From positions 51,523-115,522 of the forward strand of contig DAIQNR010000006.1 in NCBI GenBank assembly GCA_036788295.1: a stretch of DNA of 64,000 nucleotides. Reading direction: 5' to 3'. This document shows, piece after piece, positions 26,678 to 36,285 of this stretch. The notes beneath the pieces are model-generated. The model had not been told where the DNA came from and ran no database searches. It worked only from the letters and a program-made list of their open reading frames with translations. The position numbers and the translations under genes were made by a program. This DNA is from Myxococcota bacterium. Lineage in GTDB: Bacteria > Myxococcota > Kuafuiibacteriia > Kuafuiibacteriales > Kuafuiibacteriaceae. The number at the start of each line of letters is the position of its first letter. Within the stretch, counting starts at the first letter, position 1.

Positions 26678-28718
26678 GTCCGATGGCCTCGAGCGCTCGG
26701 CGGGCGGCGCGGTGGCGGCGGGCCCGCTCGATCAGGACCTTGGCGCTCGGGGAAGGATGATGGACGAGCGCGCGAGCGGCGGCGAGGCGGACCGCCTCGA
26801 CCGGCCCCGACGAGAGGAGGGGGGCCGGCCGGACCAGGAGGTGGCCGAGGTAGGCGAGGGCGAGGCCTCCGTCGGAGTGACCGAGCGCCTCGACCGCGAG
26901 CAGGGCGACCCGATCGCTGAGCCCGTCCTCTTCCGGCCCCGCTCGGAGCAGCCGGCGAATGGGCCCAGGGCCCTTCAGGCCGGCGATGAGACCGACGAGC
27001 TTGAGGCCTGACCCACGGGGCGCCCGGACCAGCGCGTCGATCACGAGTCCGATGTCTTCCCTACGCACGGTGGCGAGTGCGCGCCGCGCGACCTCGAGGC
27101 CCTCCGGGCTGCCGGTAGCGAGCGTGGCTTCGAGCGCGGCCGCGAGCCGGTGGGGACCGAGCGGGCCAAACCCTCCGGCGATGAGCTCGGCGAACGACTC
27201 CGGGGGCAGGCGACGCATGGTGGATCGCAAGTGCAATTGCTGCTGGGGCCCGAATCGGTGGAGTGCGCCGAGCAGGAGCGCGGCTCGCACCGAGTTCGGG
27301 GTCCGAGGGTCCCGGACGAGGCGGGGGAGGCGAGCGAGCCCGCTGGGGCGGTCGACCGCGACCCGTAGCAGCGGCCGCAGCTCCCTGGAATCTCCAGCCC
27401 GGCGGGCGATCTCCAGCTGCACCGGGAGCCCCGCATCCCGGATGCCTTCGTCCTCGAGCGCCTGGGCGAGTCCGAGCGCGTCCTCGGCGAGCTCGGCGCT
27501 GACGGGGCCGTCGGCGGCGAGCAGCGCGCCGTACACCGCGAGCAGCGGCTCTCGGACCAACCTCTTGTCCAGGGTGTGAAGGACGTCTTGCCCAAGAACC
27601 GGGCGGCTCTCCCACCGCCTCCGCAGTTCAGCTTGCCGAATGAGCCCAGGGTAGGAGCCCGGGTCGGTCAGCTCGGCGATCCCGTGCCGCTCGTCGCCGA
27701 GGGTTCGCGCCTCGAGCGACTGCCACAACAGCCCGTCGATGGGGCGCCCCCGGGCGCTCGACGCGCGGTCCACTTGCGCGAGCAGACGCCGCCGGGCGCC
27801 GAGCACCGGCCTCAGCCGGCCGAGGAGACGGCCGACCGCCTTCGCGACCGCCTCGCTGCTGTCTTCGAGCAGCGCGCTGGCGATGGCGTCCACCACCGTG
27901 CCGTCGTCGATGGACGGCCCCAGCGCGGACAGGAGGTCCGAGCCTTCCACTTCGGAGAGGCGCCGCAAGAGCTCGAAGCGGGCTTCGGGGGCGAGGCGGG
28001 CGAGCGCATCGGCGAGCCGGGCCGCGCCCTCTCCGAGGTCGGCCCTGGCCCCAGCATGCAGGCGAAACGCCTCCGCGCCCGCGTCCGCGATCTCGTCCCT
28101 TCCGGCGCGCCCGTCCTCGGCCCGCTCGATGAGGTCCTCGAGAAACTTCCCGAGGCCGTCCGGGTCCCGGACCGACTCGAAGCGGACCGGGATCGGTTCA
28201 CCGCCCCGGCCGAAGCGGATCACGGTGCGGAGCCCCCGCTCGAGCACCGGATCCTCCCTGGCCGCCGGAGGCAAGCGGGCCACGGCGCCGTCGAAGAGCC
28301 CGGCGAAGTCCACGGAGATGAGCTCGAGGCCGGGGCTCTCCAGCTGGTCGAGCCGGGCCGATTCATTCGGCTCGGGAGGCGCGGAGAGGGCGTCGATCAC
28401 GGCGAGGAAGCGGTCTGGGTCGACCCGTCGGTCGAGGCGGATCCCGAGCAGCCCGCGGCGGAGCATGGTCCGGGCGAGCGCGGCGGCCGCGCCCTCCGCT
28501 CGAGCCGGTCCGTCTCGGTCGACGAACAGGCTGCTGCCTCCGGTGGCGAGCGAGAGCCGCCCGGGGTCGGCCCGAAACCGCTCCTCGAGCGCGGTCCGGA
28601 CCTCCTGCCGGGCCTCGACGCACACCGGATGGCTGGGCGCGTAGTAGGCGAGCGCCTGCGCCGCTCGGCCGAGCGCGGACAGAAGCCTCTCGCTCACGAA
28701 AGACCCTCCACCACCCAC
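26670..28718 (-). CDS. Large uncharacterised protein with C-terminal HEAT/PBS-lyase-like repeats (682 aa)
   Basis: Protein-like, diverse composition. C-terminal LLAVEALGHSDGGLALAYLGHLL...AVRLAAARALVHH repeats. Start may be downstream of 28718, which overlaps the preceding gene by 25 nt. Confidence 0.55.
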   Translation of the reverse strand: MGGGGSFVSERLLSALGRAAQALAYYAPSHPVCVEARQEVRTALEERFRADPGRLSLATGGSSLFVDRDGPARAEGAAAALARTMLRRGLLGIRLDRRVDPDRFLAVIDALSAPPEPNESARLDQLESPGLELISVDFAGLFDGAVARLPPAAREDPVLERGLRTVIRFGRGGEPIPVRFESVRDPDGLGKFLEDLIERAEDGRAGRDEIADAGAEAFRLHAGARADLGEGAARLADALARLAPEARFELLRRLSEVEGSDLLSALGPSIDDGTVVDAIASALLEDSSEAVAKAVGRLLGRLRPVLGARRRLLAQVDRASSARGRPIDGLLWQSLEARTLGDERHGIAELTDPGSYPGLIRQAELRRRWESRPVLGQDVLHTLDKRLVREPLLAVYGALLAADGPVSAELAEDALGLAQALEDEGIRDAGLPVQLEIARRAGDSRELRPLLRVAVDRPSGLARLPRLVRDPRTPNSVRAALLLGALHRFGPQQQLHLRSTMRRLPPESFAELIAGGFGPLGPHRLAAALEATLATGSPEGLEVARRALATVRREDIGLVIDALVRAPRGSGLKLVGLIAGLKGPGPIRRLLRAGPEEDGLSDRVALLAVEALGHSDGGLALAYLGHLLVRPAPLLSSGPVEAVRLAAARALVHHPSPSAKVLIERARRHRAARRALEAIGHG

Positions 28719-30577
28719 GTCGCCGGCCCGGCCGGCGCCAGGCGCACCGGCTTCGCGTCGAGCCCGGCGAGCATCGGGGCCTGCGCATCACCGAGCGCAT
28801 CGACCCCCGGGCATCGGCGGAGCGCGGACAAGACGTCCTCCCCGAGCACCAGACCGGGCGCTTCGGTCAGCAGGACGAGGCGGGGCGGGACGGACAAGAG
28901 CCCGGTTCGCCGCCGCTCCCGCCCGAGCTGCGCCCACCGCTGAGCGTGCTCGGCCCTCGCCGATGCCCGCAGCCATGGGAGCGAGAGGCCACGGTCCGCG
29001 GGGCCCGAGGCGAGGCCGATCCCCACCGCGAGCAGCAGTCCTGGAGGGCTCGACGCCTCGACGAGGGCGTCCACGCCTCGCTCCGGATCTTCGGCTGCCG
29101 CTTCGAGCAGGTCGGGGAGGTCTTCGGACCCGATCGGCGGGGGGAGCGCCCGATGAAGAGCCGCTTCTGCCTCGCGCCTCAGCCGCTGCCAGCCGAATGC
29201 GAGCACCGCGAGCGCATCCACCGGACCGGTAGCGGCGACTCGGTCCGGGCCAGCCGGGACCGTCTCGACTCCGGGCTGCTGCTTCGCCAGGTCGCGCGCT
29301 GGTGCGAGCAATACCGCCTGCATGGTCTCTAGCACGACCGAAGCCGAGGGTCCCATGAGGTCCGCTCCGTGCATGGTGAGGAGCAAGACACCTTGCTCGG
29401 TAGGCCGGGCCCGGCTGAGCAGCGGGCGACCGATCTCGAGTTCGAGCGCGGGACGGCGCCGGTCCGCTACAGCTCGCAGGCGGGCGGCCAGCCGCTCGTC
29501 GAGCCGGAGGACCAGGGCCCCGAGCGCGGCGAGCACGGCTCGACGCTCCCGCTGCTCCTCGGACGGAGGGGGGGCCTCGAGCTGCTGCAGGAGGGCCTGG
29601 GCGAGCGGATGGGGGAGACCGCGGAGCGCCTCGAGGAGCCGGGCTCGCCTGGGGGTCTCGGCGACGGCCGCGAGCAGGGCCCGAGGATCCCTCAAGACAT
29701 CGGCCACCGGCGCCGACGCTCGCGGACGGGGGCTCGACCGCTCCGCCTCCCTTCCCGCTCCGCTCCCTGGATGAAGCGAATCCTGCACCGCCGACACCGC
29801 GATCGCTGCGTCTCGCACCCGCTCGGCGGTGACCGCGCGGTCGAGGTGGTCCCGCTCCCGGTCTTCGACGAGCAGGCGCTCGGCCAGGGCGTCGGCGGCG
29901 TCCTTCAGTCGCACCGGCTCATCGCTCGCCCCGTCGATCACCCGGCGGGCGAGGGCGAGCGCCGCCGGGGTGGTGCGATAGTTGTTCACCAGGCGCCCCG
30001 CGATCCGGTCCGGGTCGGCGCCGAGCGACACCGGTGACGGGACGAGCGCGAGGGCCCGGGCCAGGCGGCCGCTGCCTTCGACCGGCTCCCGGTCGAGCCA
30101 CGCGGCGGTGTCGGCCCGGAGCATCAGGTCGAACAGGACCCGGCGCTCGATGCCGGCGGCCCGGAGCCGGTCGGCGAGCCCGGTCACAAAACCGCTCCAT
30201 CCGAGCAGGGCCGCTTCTGTCCCCCGGTGCCCGGACTTCTCCGCTTCGAGGACGCGGAGCAGCACCTCGGGGAGCACCTGGCCGAGCTTCGACCCCGGGC
30301 CGCCGAGAAAAGCGAGCGCGTCCGCCGGGTGCACTCCGGCGTCGGCCTGGGCGAGCCGCATCGCGCGGCGCATCGCGCCCGGTTCGGGCGTCGATCCCAA
30401 GTCCCGGCCGAAGTCGGCGGCGAGCCGGTCGAGCTCGGCTCCGAGCCGAGGGCCAAGTTCGACCGAGCCGGGGAAGCGAACCGAGTCGGGGAGGAGCAGG
30501 TCGAGCCCGCCGCGGTGAAGCGTCGACTCGAAACCTCGCGCCCGGGCCCCGACCCACGCCTCGCAGGTGGGTAGCAC
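28694..30577 (-). CDS. Large uncharacterised helical protein (627 aa), first gene of the operon
   Basis: Long ORF with no recognisable catalytic motif. Contiguous and co-oriented with the next four genes. Divergent intergenic region upstream of the 30577 start (30578-30713). Confidence 0.5.
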   Translation of the reverse strand: MLPTCEAWVGARARGFESTLHRGGLDLLLPDSVRFPGSVELGPRLGAELDRLAADFGRDLGSTPEPGAMRRAMRLAQADAGVHPADALAFLGGPGSKLGQVLPEVLLRVLEAEKSGHRGTEAALLGWSGFVTGLADRLRAAGIERRVLFDLMLRADTAAWLDREPVEGSGRLARALALVPSPVSLGADPDRIAGRLVNNYRTTPAALALARRVIDGASDEPVRLKDAADALAERLLVEDRERDHLDRAVTAERVRDAAIAVSAVQDSLHPGSGAGREAERSSPRPRASAPVADVLRDPRALLAAVAETPRRARLLEALRGLPHPLAQALLQQLEAPPPSEEQRERRAVLAALGALVLRLDERLAARLRAVADRRRPALELEIGRPLLSRARPTEQGVLLLTMHGADLMGPSASVVLETMQAVLLAPARDLAKQQPGVETVPAGPDRVAATGPVDALAVLAFGWQRLRREAEAALHRALPPPIGSEDLPDLLEAAAEDPERGVDALVEASSPPGLLLAVGIGLASGPADRGLSLPWLRASARAEHAQRWAQLGRERRRTGLLSVPPRLVLLTEAPGLVLGEDVLSALRRCPGVDALGDAQAPMLAGLDAKPVRLAPAGPATWVVEGLS

Positions 30578-30713
30578 CCCGCTACCCTACGTCCGGACGC
30601 CAAGGTCCGGAAGTCGGGTCCGCGCCGCCCGGTGCGCAAGCGCCGAGACCCCCGGTCCGGGGGGACAGGTTGGGGGAAAGAGCGAGGATGCCGGCGCGGA
30701 AGCCCCTCCTTTT

Positions 30714-31343
30714 TTGATCTTGAATTTCAGTCGCAATAGCGAAACCGTCCCGGCGCTCGTGCTGGTCGCCGGTGCCATCTTCGTTCTCCTCGGGCAGGCG
30801 GGCCTCTACGCCCTCTGGCCGTCGCCGGACCTGCGGCCGCTTCGGCGATTTCGGCCCGGCGCCGCGGCCGGCAGCGTGGGGCTCGTCGTCGCTGGGGGCG
30901 CGACCGCCGCGCTGGCGGGTGGAGTCACCGGGCTCCTCCTCGTCCTTGCTGCAGCGATGGTCGGCGGGCCGGTCCTCGTGCTCGCCGCGCCGCTCCTCCT
31001 GCGCCTACCAACCGCCCCCGAAGGCGCAGCCCGCCGGGGACGGCTCCGCCACCGGTGGACGACTGGGGAAGGCTGGGTGAAGGCGGTGGCCTCCCTGGTG
31101 GGTGGGTTTGCCGTCTTCGTTCTCACCTGCCTCTGGTTTCCGCTCGTTCTCCCCGAGCTCGGGCTGTCGATGGAGGCGGCGCTCGCTCTGGCTACGCTGC
31201 TCGCGCTCCCGGGTTGGGTGGGTTTGACCTTTGCCTGCCTCTGCGCACGCCGCCCGCTCGGAGCCGTGGCATGGGTTTTGGTGTCCACGCTCGTGCTCGG
31301 GGTTTCTGCCCTCCTCCCCGCGCTCTCGAGGGGCCCGACGTGA
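30714..31343 (+). CDS. Polytopic membrane protein (about 5 TM helices); start uncertain (TTG 30714 or GTG 30762)
   Basis: Hydrophobic segments VPALVLVAGAIFVLLGQAGLYALW, GLLLVLAAAMVGGPVLVLAAPLLL, FAVFVLTCLWFPLVL, LATLLALPGWVGLTFACL, VAWVLVSTLVLGVSALL. Stop overlaps the GTG start of the PepSY gene (GTGA). Confidence 0.5.
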   Translation: MILNFSRNSETVPALVLVAGAIFVLLGQAGLYALWPSPDLRPLRRFRPGAAAGSVGLVVAGGATAALAGGVTGLLLVLAAAMVGGPVLVLAAPLLLRLPTAPEGAARRGRLRHRWTTGEGWVKAVASLVGGFAVFVLTCLWFPLVLPELGLSMEAALALATLLALPGWVGLTFACLCARRPLGAVAWVLVSTLVLGVSALLPALSRGPT

Positions 31344-32862
31344 AGGTCCTCGGCGCCCGGCTCACCCGAATCTTCTGGGATGCGCACGCCGTCATCGGTG
31401 TCTCGTGCAGTCTCGCCCTCTTCGTGATGTTCTACGCTGGGGCCTACACCCTGTACCGGGGCGAGCTCGGGGCTTGGATCGACCCGTCGCTTCGAAGCCA
31501 CGGCAGTTCCGCAAGTCTCGCCGGCGTGGCCGCGCTGCTCGAGCGGCACCCGCCGGACCGGGGGAGCCACGTGCCCTCGTCCATCCATTCGGTGACCGGG
31601 CCTACTACTTCGTCCGGTACGACCACGAGGGCGAAAAGCTCGAGCGCCGCGTGGGCGCATTCGATGGCGCCGCACATCCCCGGGACGGAAGAAGCGCGCT
31701 CCCCGAGCTGCTCCATGACCTCCACTACTTTCGGCAACTGGGCGAGCCGGGGCGGGTCGCGTCTGGGATCGTCGCGCTGTTCGGGGTCGTCGTCCTCCTG
31801 TCCGGGCTGCTCCTTCACTGGGACAAGCTCCCGCGGAGGCTCCATGGCTTTCGGACCCACCGAGGCTGGCGCTGGTGGGTCACCGACGCCCACACGACGT
31901 TGGGGGTCTTGGGCATCCCGTACACGTTGATGTATTGTCTGACCGGCGCCTTCTTCGGGCTTCTCGTCGTGATCCTCGGGCCGACCGCCTTGGTCGTCTT
32001 TGGCGGGGATACCGAGGCGGTCGAGCAGCATCTCACCGGTGTGCGGACGCCCGAACCGGCCCCTCTTGGCGCCGAAGGGCCTTTGCCTGACCTCGGTGAG
32101 GTCGTACGCTGGGTCGAGCAGCGCTGGGGTTCGGACATCGTGCTCTTTCGGACCGATGTCATCGACTGGGGGGACCGTTCCGCAAAATGGGTGGTGGAAG
32201 GGGCACACGCCAAAACTCTCGCCACGTCGGGCAAGGTGGTGGCGAGCGTCGCCACCATGGAGGTCCTGGACGAGCAGCGACCAGAGGAGGCGAACATTCT
32301 GGGCCGCACCATCTCGGTGATCACGAACCTTCATTTCTCACGACTCGGGCACCCGGCCTTCGACGCGCTGTTCTTCCTCTTGGCGCTTCTATCCTGCGCG
32401 GTGATCCTGACCGGCAACGTGCTGTGGCTGTCCGGCCGCTCCCCGTTTCGGCTCGACGCCGGGCGGTGGCTCGACCGCGGGCTCGGCCGAGCCACGATCG
32501 GCGTCGCCCTGGGCCTCGTGGTCGCGGTGCCGGCGGCGCTCACCCTCACCCGGCTCATCCCGCTCGACAGCGCCGGGCGAGCGGCCATCGAGAGCGCGTT
32601 CTTCTTCTCCACATGGCTCGGCATCTCTCTTTTCGCTCTCTCCGTGAGGGATCCACTTCGATTGGGGAAGACGCTGCTCGGCCTCGCCGCCTTCTTTCAC
32701 TTCGCTGCTCCGGCCCTGAACGCCGCGATGACGGCTCGGCCCTTCTCCGACTTCGCGACCCTCAGCGTCGATGTTGGCCTCGTCTCGGGTGGGGCCCTGT
32801 GCTTCGCCCTGCGCCGCATCGTCGCGACGAGCCCGGACCACCCAAGGAGTTCGATCCCATGA
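31340..32862 (+). pseudogene. PepSY-associated TM helix protein (PiuB/XusC-like), disrupted by a -1 frameshift near 31560
   Basis: N-terminus VKVLGARLTRIFWDAHAVIGVSCSLALFVMFYAGAYTLYRGELGAW (PepSY_TM TM1) is in the 31055 track frame. The continuation ...EPRALVHPFGDRAYYFVRYDHEGEKLERRVGAFDGA...LHDLHYFRQLGEPGRVASGIVALFGVVVLLSGLLLHW (TM2) and the rest are in the 31231 frame. Adding one G to the G5 run at about 31561-31565 restores a single ORF. Confidence 0.7.
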
Positions 32863-34112
32863 AAAAAACCTCCATCCAGTGCGCATTGCTCGCCGGCTTC
32901 GTTTTCGCCGCCTGCGGGGACGACAGCATCGGGGACCAGGCCGACGCGGCCATATCCGGCGCCGACGCCGGCGCTCGAGACGGAGGTGCCCCCGACGGCG
33001 GCAGCGCCGATCTGGGGGTCGAAGTCGCACGGCGGTACGCGCTGATGATTCGAATCCGTCAGCCCGACGGGACCACCAACGCGACCTACCTCGAGACCCG
33101 GCAAAACCTCGATCCCTCGGAGCTCATCACCACCCGGAACGCGCGGGAGTTTGCCGCGCAGCTGCGCTTCGCGCGGTTCGAAGACGCGATCTTTCTCGAG
33201 GACGTCCGACAACCCACGCTCGCCCGCCTCGACTACGAAAGATCAACCGGGACCTTCACCGAAGGTCCGGTCCTGTCGTTTCAGCCTCGCGGGCTGACCT
33301 CGGTCCGGGCCCACTTCCTCTCCGCGACCAAGGGGTACGCCATCGATGGAGCCGGGTCGACCATCGCGAACTTCGACCCCGCCGCCATGGAGCTGCGCCC
33401 GGGCACCATCGACATCTCGGCTCAAAGACCCCAGGGCTCGGAGATCGACCTGCTGCTCGTGGTCACCCGCGGCAACCGGACGTTCGTCTCCCTCGCCTAC
33501 ACCAACCTCGACAACCCCGTCATGCCCACCATCGAGCCCGCGATCATCGTCGCGGTCATCGACAACCAGACCGATGCGCTCATCGCCTACCGCCGGGACG
33601 AGCGGTGCGGTCACGCGAGCGGCATGGTGCTGACCCCCACCGGAGACATCTATATTCACGGCGACAACGGCTTCAACGTGATCGACATGAGCCGCAGGGC
33701 GCGCATCGTCCGCATCCCGGCCGGGCAGGAGACATTCGATGACTACTTCTGGCAGCCCGCCGAGGCCCTGGGCGGACGGGAGAGCTCCCGCCTCACCCAC
33801 GCCGGTGGCGCCCGCGCGGTGACGTTTGCGTTGTATCCAGAGCGGCTCAACTTGCAAAACCCTCTCTCCGTCGTATTGGACCCGGTCCGCCGCCCATGGC
33901 TTGTAGACCTCGAGGCCCAGACCGCGACCGAGCTCTCCGATGTGCCCTTCACGAAGACGGGGATCCCATACTTGGTGGACGGGAGCCTCTGGCTCGGTTT
34001 GTCGCAGAGCTTCGACGCCACGGACATCTACAGCGTCGATCCTGTCACCGCCGCAGCGACGCTCGAGGCGCAGAGCGAAGGCCAGGTGTTCTCCGTGACC
34101 CGGCTACCGTGA
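32859..34112 (+). CDS. Surface lipoprotein, candidate siderophore-binding beta-propeller (XusB/DUF4374-like)
   Basis: 417 aa from ATG 32859 (AAGGAG RBS 8 nt upstream; ATGA overlap with the PepSY stop). MKKTSIQCALLAGFVFAACGDD lipobox. Sits between a PepSY-TM gene and a TonB-dependent receptor. Family assignment is by context and size only. Confidence 0.5.
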   Translation: MKKTSIQCALLAGFVFAACGDDSIGDQADAAISGADAGARDGGAPDGGSADLGVEVARRYALMIRIRQPDGTTNATYLETRQNLDPSELITTRNAREFAAQLRFARFEDAIFLEDVRQPTLARLDYERSTGTFTEGPVLSFQPRGLTSVRAHFLSATKGYAIDGAGSTIANFDPAAMELRPGTIDISAQRPQGSEIDLLLVVTRGNRTFVSLAYTNLDNPVMPTIEPAIIVAVIDNQTDALIAYRRDERCGHASGMVLTPTGDIYIHGDNGFNVIDMSRRARIVRIPAGQETFDDYFWQPAEALGGRESSRLTHAGGARAVTFALYPERLNLQNPLSVVLDPVRRPWLVDLEAQTATELSDVPFTKTGIPYLVDGSLWLGLSQSFDATDIYSVDPVTAAATLEAQSEGQVFSVTRLP

Positions 34113-34131
34113 CGAAGGGCGACGCTGTCGG

Positions 34132-36270
34132 ATGCGCGCTCTCTCCTTGGCGATGGCCCCTCTTGCTGTCGCCGTCGCCCAATCCGCCTCCGCCGCCGGG
34201 ACCTCGACCACGACGGTGGATGTAGTCCGGGTCACAGGTAAGCGGTTGTCGGAAGAGCAGAAGGCGATCGAGCGCGCCGCCGCGCTCGATGTGGTCGATC
34301 TATCCGGGGAAGCGATGCGCTCGGTGGACATGGGCACCATTCTGCGGCGCACCCGAGGGGTTGTCCTGCGGCAGACTGGGGGCCTTGGGTCGGCGACCAC
34401 CCTCAGCCTGAACGGGCTGTCCGGTCGGCAAGTCCCCATCTTTCTCGACGGATTGCCGATCGAGCTGTCCGGCTTCTCCACGAATCTCTCCGCGGTGCCC
34501 GTGGGTTTGGTGAGCAAGCTCGAGATCCACAAGGGCGTCGTCCCGGTCGAGCTGGCGAGCGACGCGCTCGGCGGCGCCATCGACCTTCGAACCAGGGAGG
34601 GGCGCCGCCCCCGTGCCTTCGTCAGCTATGAGAATGCCTCCTTCGCTACCCATCGGGCCCTGTTCGACGTCCATACGGGCACCGATTCCATCTATGGGTC
34701 GATTCAGGGCTGGTACGACCGGTCGGCCAACGACTATCGGATCACGGTCGACGCGGTCGACGCCGATACCGGGCGTCTCGTCCGCGATGGACTCGTCGTA
34801 GCGAAGAACAACGCTGATTTCGAGAGCTTCGGCGTCAGCGCGGAGGCCGGTCTCGAGAGGCTCCTCTTCGCCGACCGGCTCGCTGTCCGCGGCTTCGTTG
34901 GGGCCTCGACCCAAGGTCTTCCTCACGACGTCACCCAGGAGACCGCCTACGGGGAAGTTCAGACCGGGCTCGATGCCGCTGGCGGATGGCTCCGCTACGA
35001 GAAGTATGGGATCTTGGAGCGGCTCGACATCGATTTGGCCGTGGGTTTGGTCAGGCGGGCGAATCGACTGTCGGACCTCGCCGAGAGCCGCTACGACTTC
35101 GAAGGCAATCGTACCGCGCCCATCCGAGGCGAGCTGGTGTCCGGGGGCATAGACCAGACCCTCGACGAGTGGCTGGTCTCGGGCCGGCTCAACCTCAGCT
35201 ATCGCCTCACCGACGAGCATGGCCTCGTCCTCACCGCCGCCCCCCAGTGGGAACGACGGAGCGGCGCGCGGCGGGCGCCCGATGAGGACGCAAGCGAAGC
35301 GCGGCCGATCCCACAAGATGACATCCGGTCCCTGGTGGGTGGGCTCGCTCATCGGTGGCGGCCCTTCGACCTTCCCATGGAGAACGACCTGTTCTTCAAG
35401 GTCTACGCGTACGAAGCCCGTGGCGAGGAGGTTCTGCTGGGGTTCAGCGCGGGGCGGTTCTCGAGCGACACCCTCGACGTCGGCGTGGGGGACGCATGGG
35501 TCTTTCGGGCCGGCGACGCGGTGATCGTTCGAGCTTCGGGGGAGTGGGCGACTCGGCTGCCGGACTTCACGGAGATCATGGGGGACGCGGTCCTCGAGAG
35601 CGGCAACCCGGAGCTTCGCCCGGAGCGGAGCCTCAACCTGAATCTCTCCGTCTCAGCGTTGGAGGTCCCCACCGCGGTCGGTACCTTTGGCGGCACGCTC
35701 TGGGGATTTTCGAGGCTCGCCGAGGATCTCATCCAGGTCGAGACCGGGGGCGGAAGGTCTCGGTACGTCAACGTAGACAGCGCGATCATCTATGGTCTCG
35801 AGACCGACGCGCAGTGGTCGAGCCCCGGGGATTGGGTCCGCGTGAGCGGGACCTTCACGTGGGAGGAGACGAGGAATACATCGCTCGAGGGAGCCTACGA
35901 GCGGTTTCGGGACGATCGCCTCCCGAACCGGCCCTACCTCTACGGTTCGGCCGCCGTCAGCGTCGGGGGGCGCAGCCTCCTGTTTGGCGGCGACGAGGCC
36001 CGCCTGAGCGGCCACGGCCTGTGGGTGCACGAGTTCTTCCGCCTGTGGCCGAGCGCGGGGGCGCTCGAGACGAAGGCGGTGATCCCCGAGCAAATCCGGG
36101 TCGACGTAGACCTCTTGTACACCTTTTTGGCCCCTTTCGACCGTCGGACACGGGTGGGGGTGAGCTTCGAGTGCCGAAACCTGCTCGACGACCGCCTGTT
36201 CGACCGTCTCCGAGCCGAGCTCCCCGGCCGGTCGCTCCATTTCAAGGTGTCGGGGTCGTTCGAAGACTGA
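34132..36270 (+). CDS. TonB-dependent outer-membrane receptor
   Basis: 712 aa. Signal peptide MRALSLAMAPLAVAVAQSASA. Plug domain ATTLSLNGLSGRQVPIFLDGLPIE. Long beta-barrel with a C-terminal aromatic-rich end. Confidence 0.8.
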   Translation: MRALSLAMAPLAVAVAQSASAAGTSTTTVDVVRVTGKRLSEEQKAIERAAALDVVDLSGEAMRSVDMGTILRRTRGVVLRQTGGLGSATTLSLNGLSGRQVPIFLDGLPIELSGFSTNLSAVPVGLVSKLEIHKGVVPVELASDALGGAIDLRTREGRRPRAFVSYENASFATHRALFDVHTGTDSIYGSIQGWYDRSANDYRITVDAVDADTGRLVRDGLVVAKNNADFESFGVSAEAGLERLLFADRLAVRGFVGASTQGLPHDVTQETAYGEVQTGLDAAGGWLRYEKYGILERLDIDLAVGLVRRANRLSDLAESRYDFEGNRTAPIRGELVSGGIDQTLDEWLVSGRLNLSYRLTDEHGLVLTAAPQWERRSGARRAPDEDASEARPIPQDDIRSLVGGLAHRWRPFDLPMENDLFFKVYAYEARGEEVLLGFSAGRFSSDTLDVGVGDAWVFRAGDAVIVRASGEWATRLPDFTEIMGDAVLESGNPELRPERSLNLNLSVSALEVPTAVGTFGGTLWGFSRLAEDLIQVETGGGRSRYVNVDSAIIYGLETDAQWSSPGDWVRVSGTFTWEETRNTSLEGAYERFRDDRLPNRPYLYGSAAVSVGGRSLLFGGDEARLSGHGLWVHEFFRLWPSAGALETKAVIPEQIRVDVDLLYTFLAPFDRRTRVGVSFECRNLLDDRLFDRLRAELPGRSLHFKVSGSFED

Positions 36271-36285
36271 GCGGACCTTCGTCGT

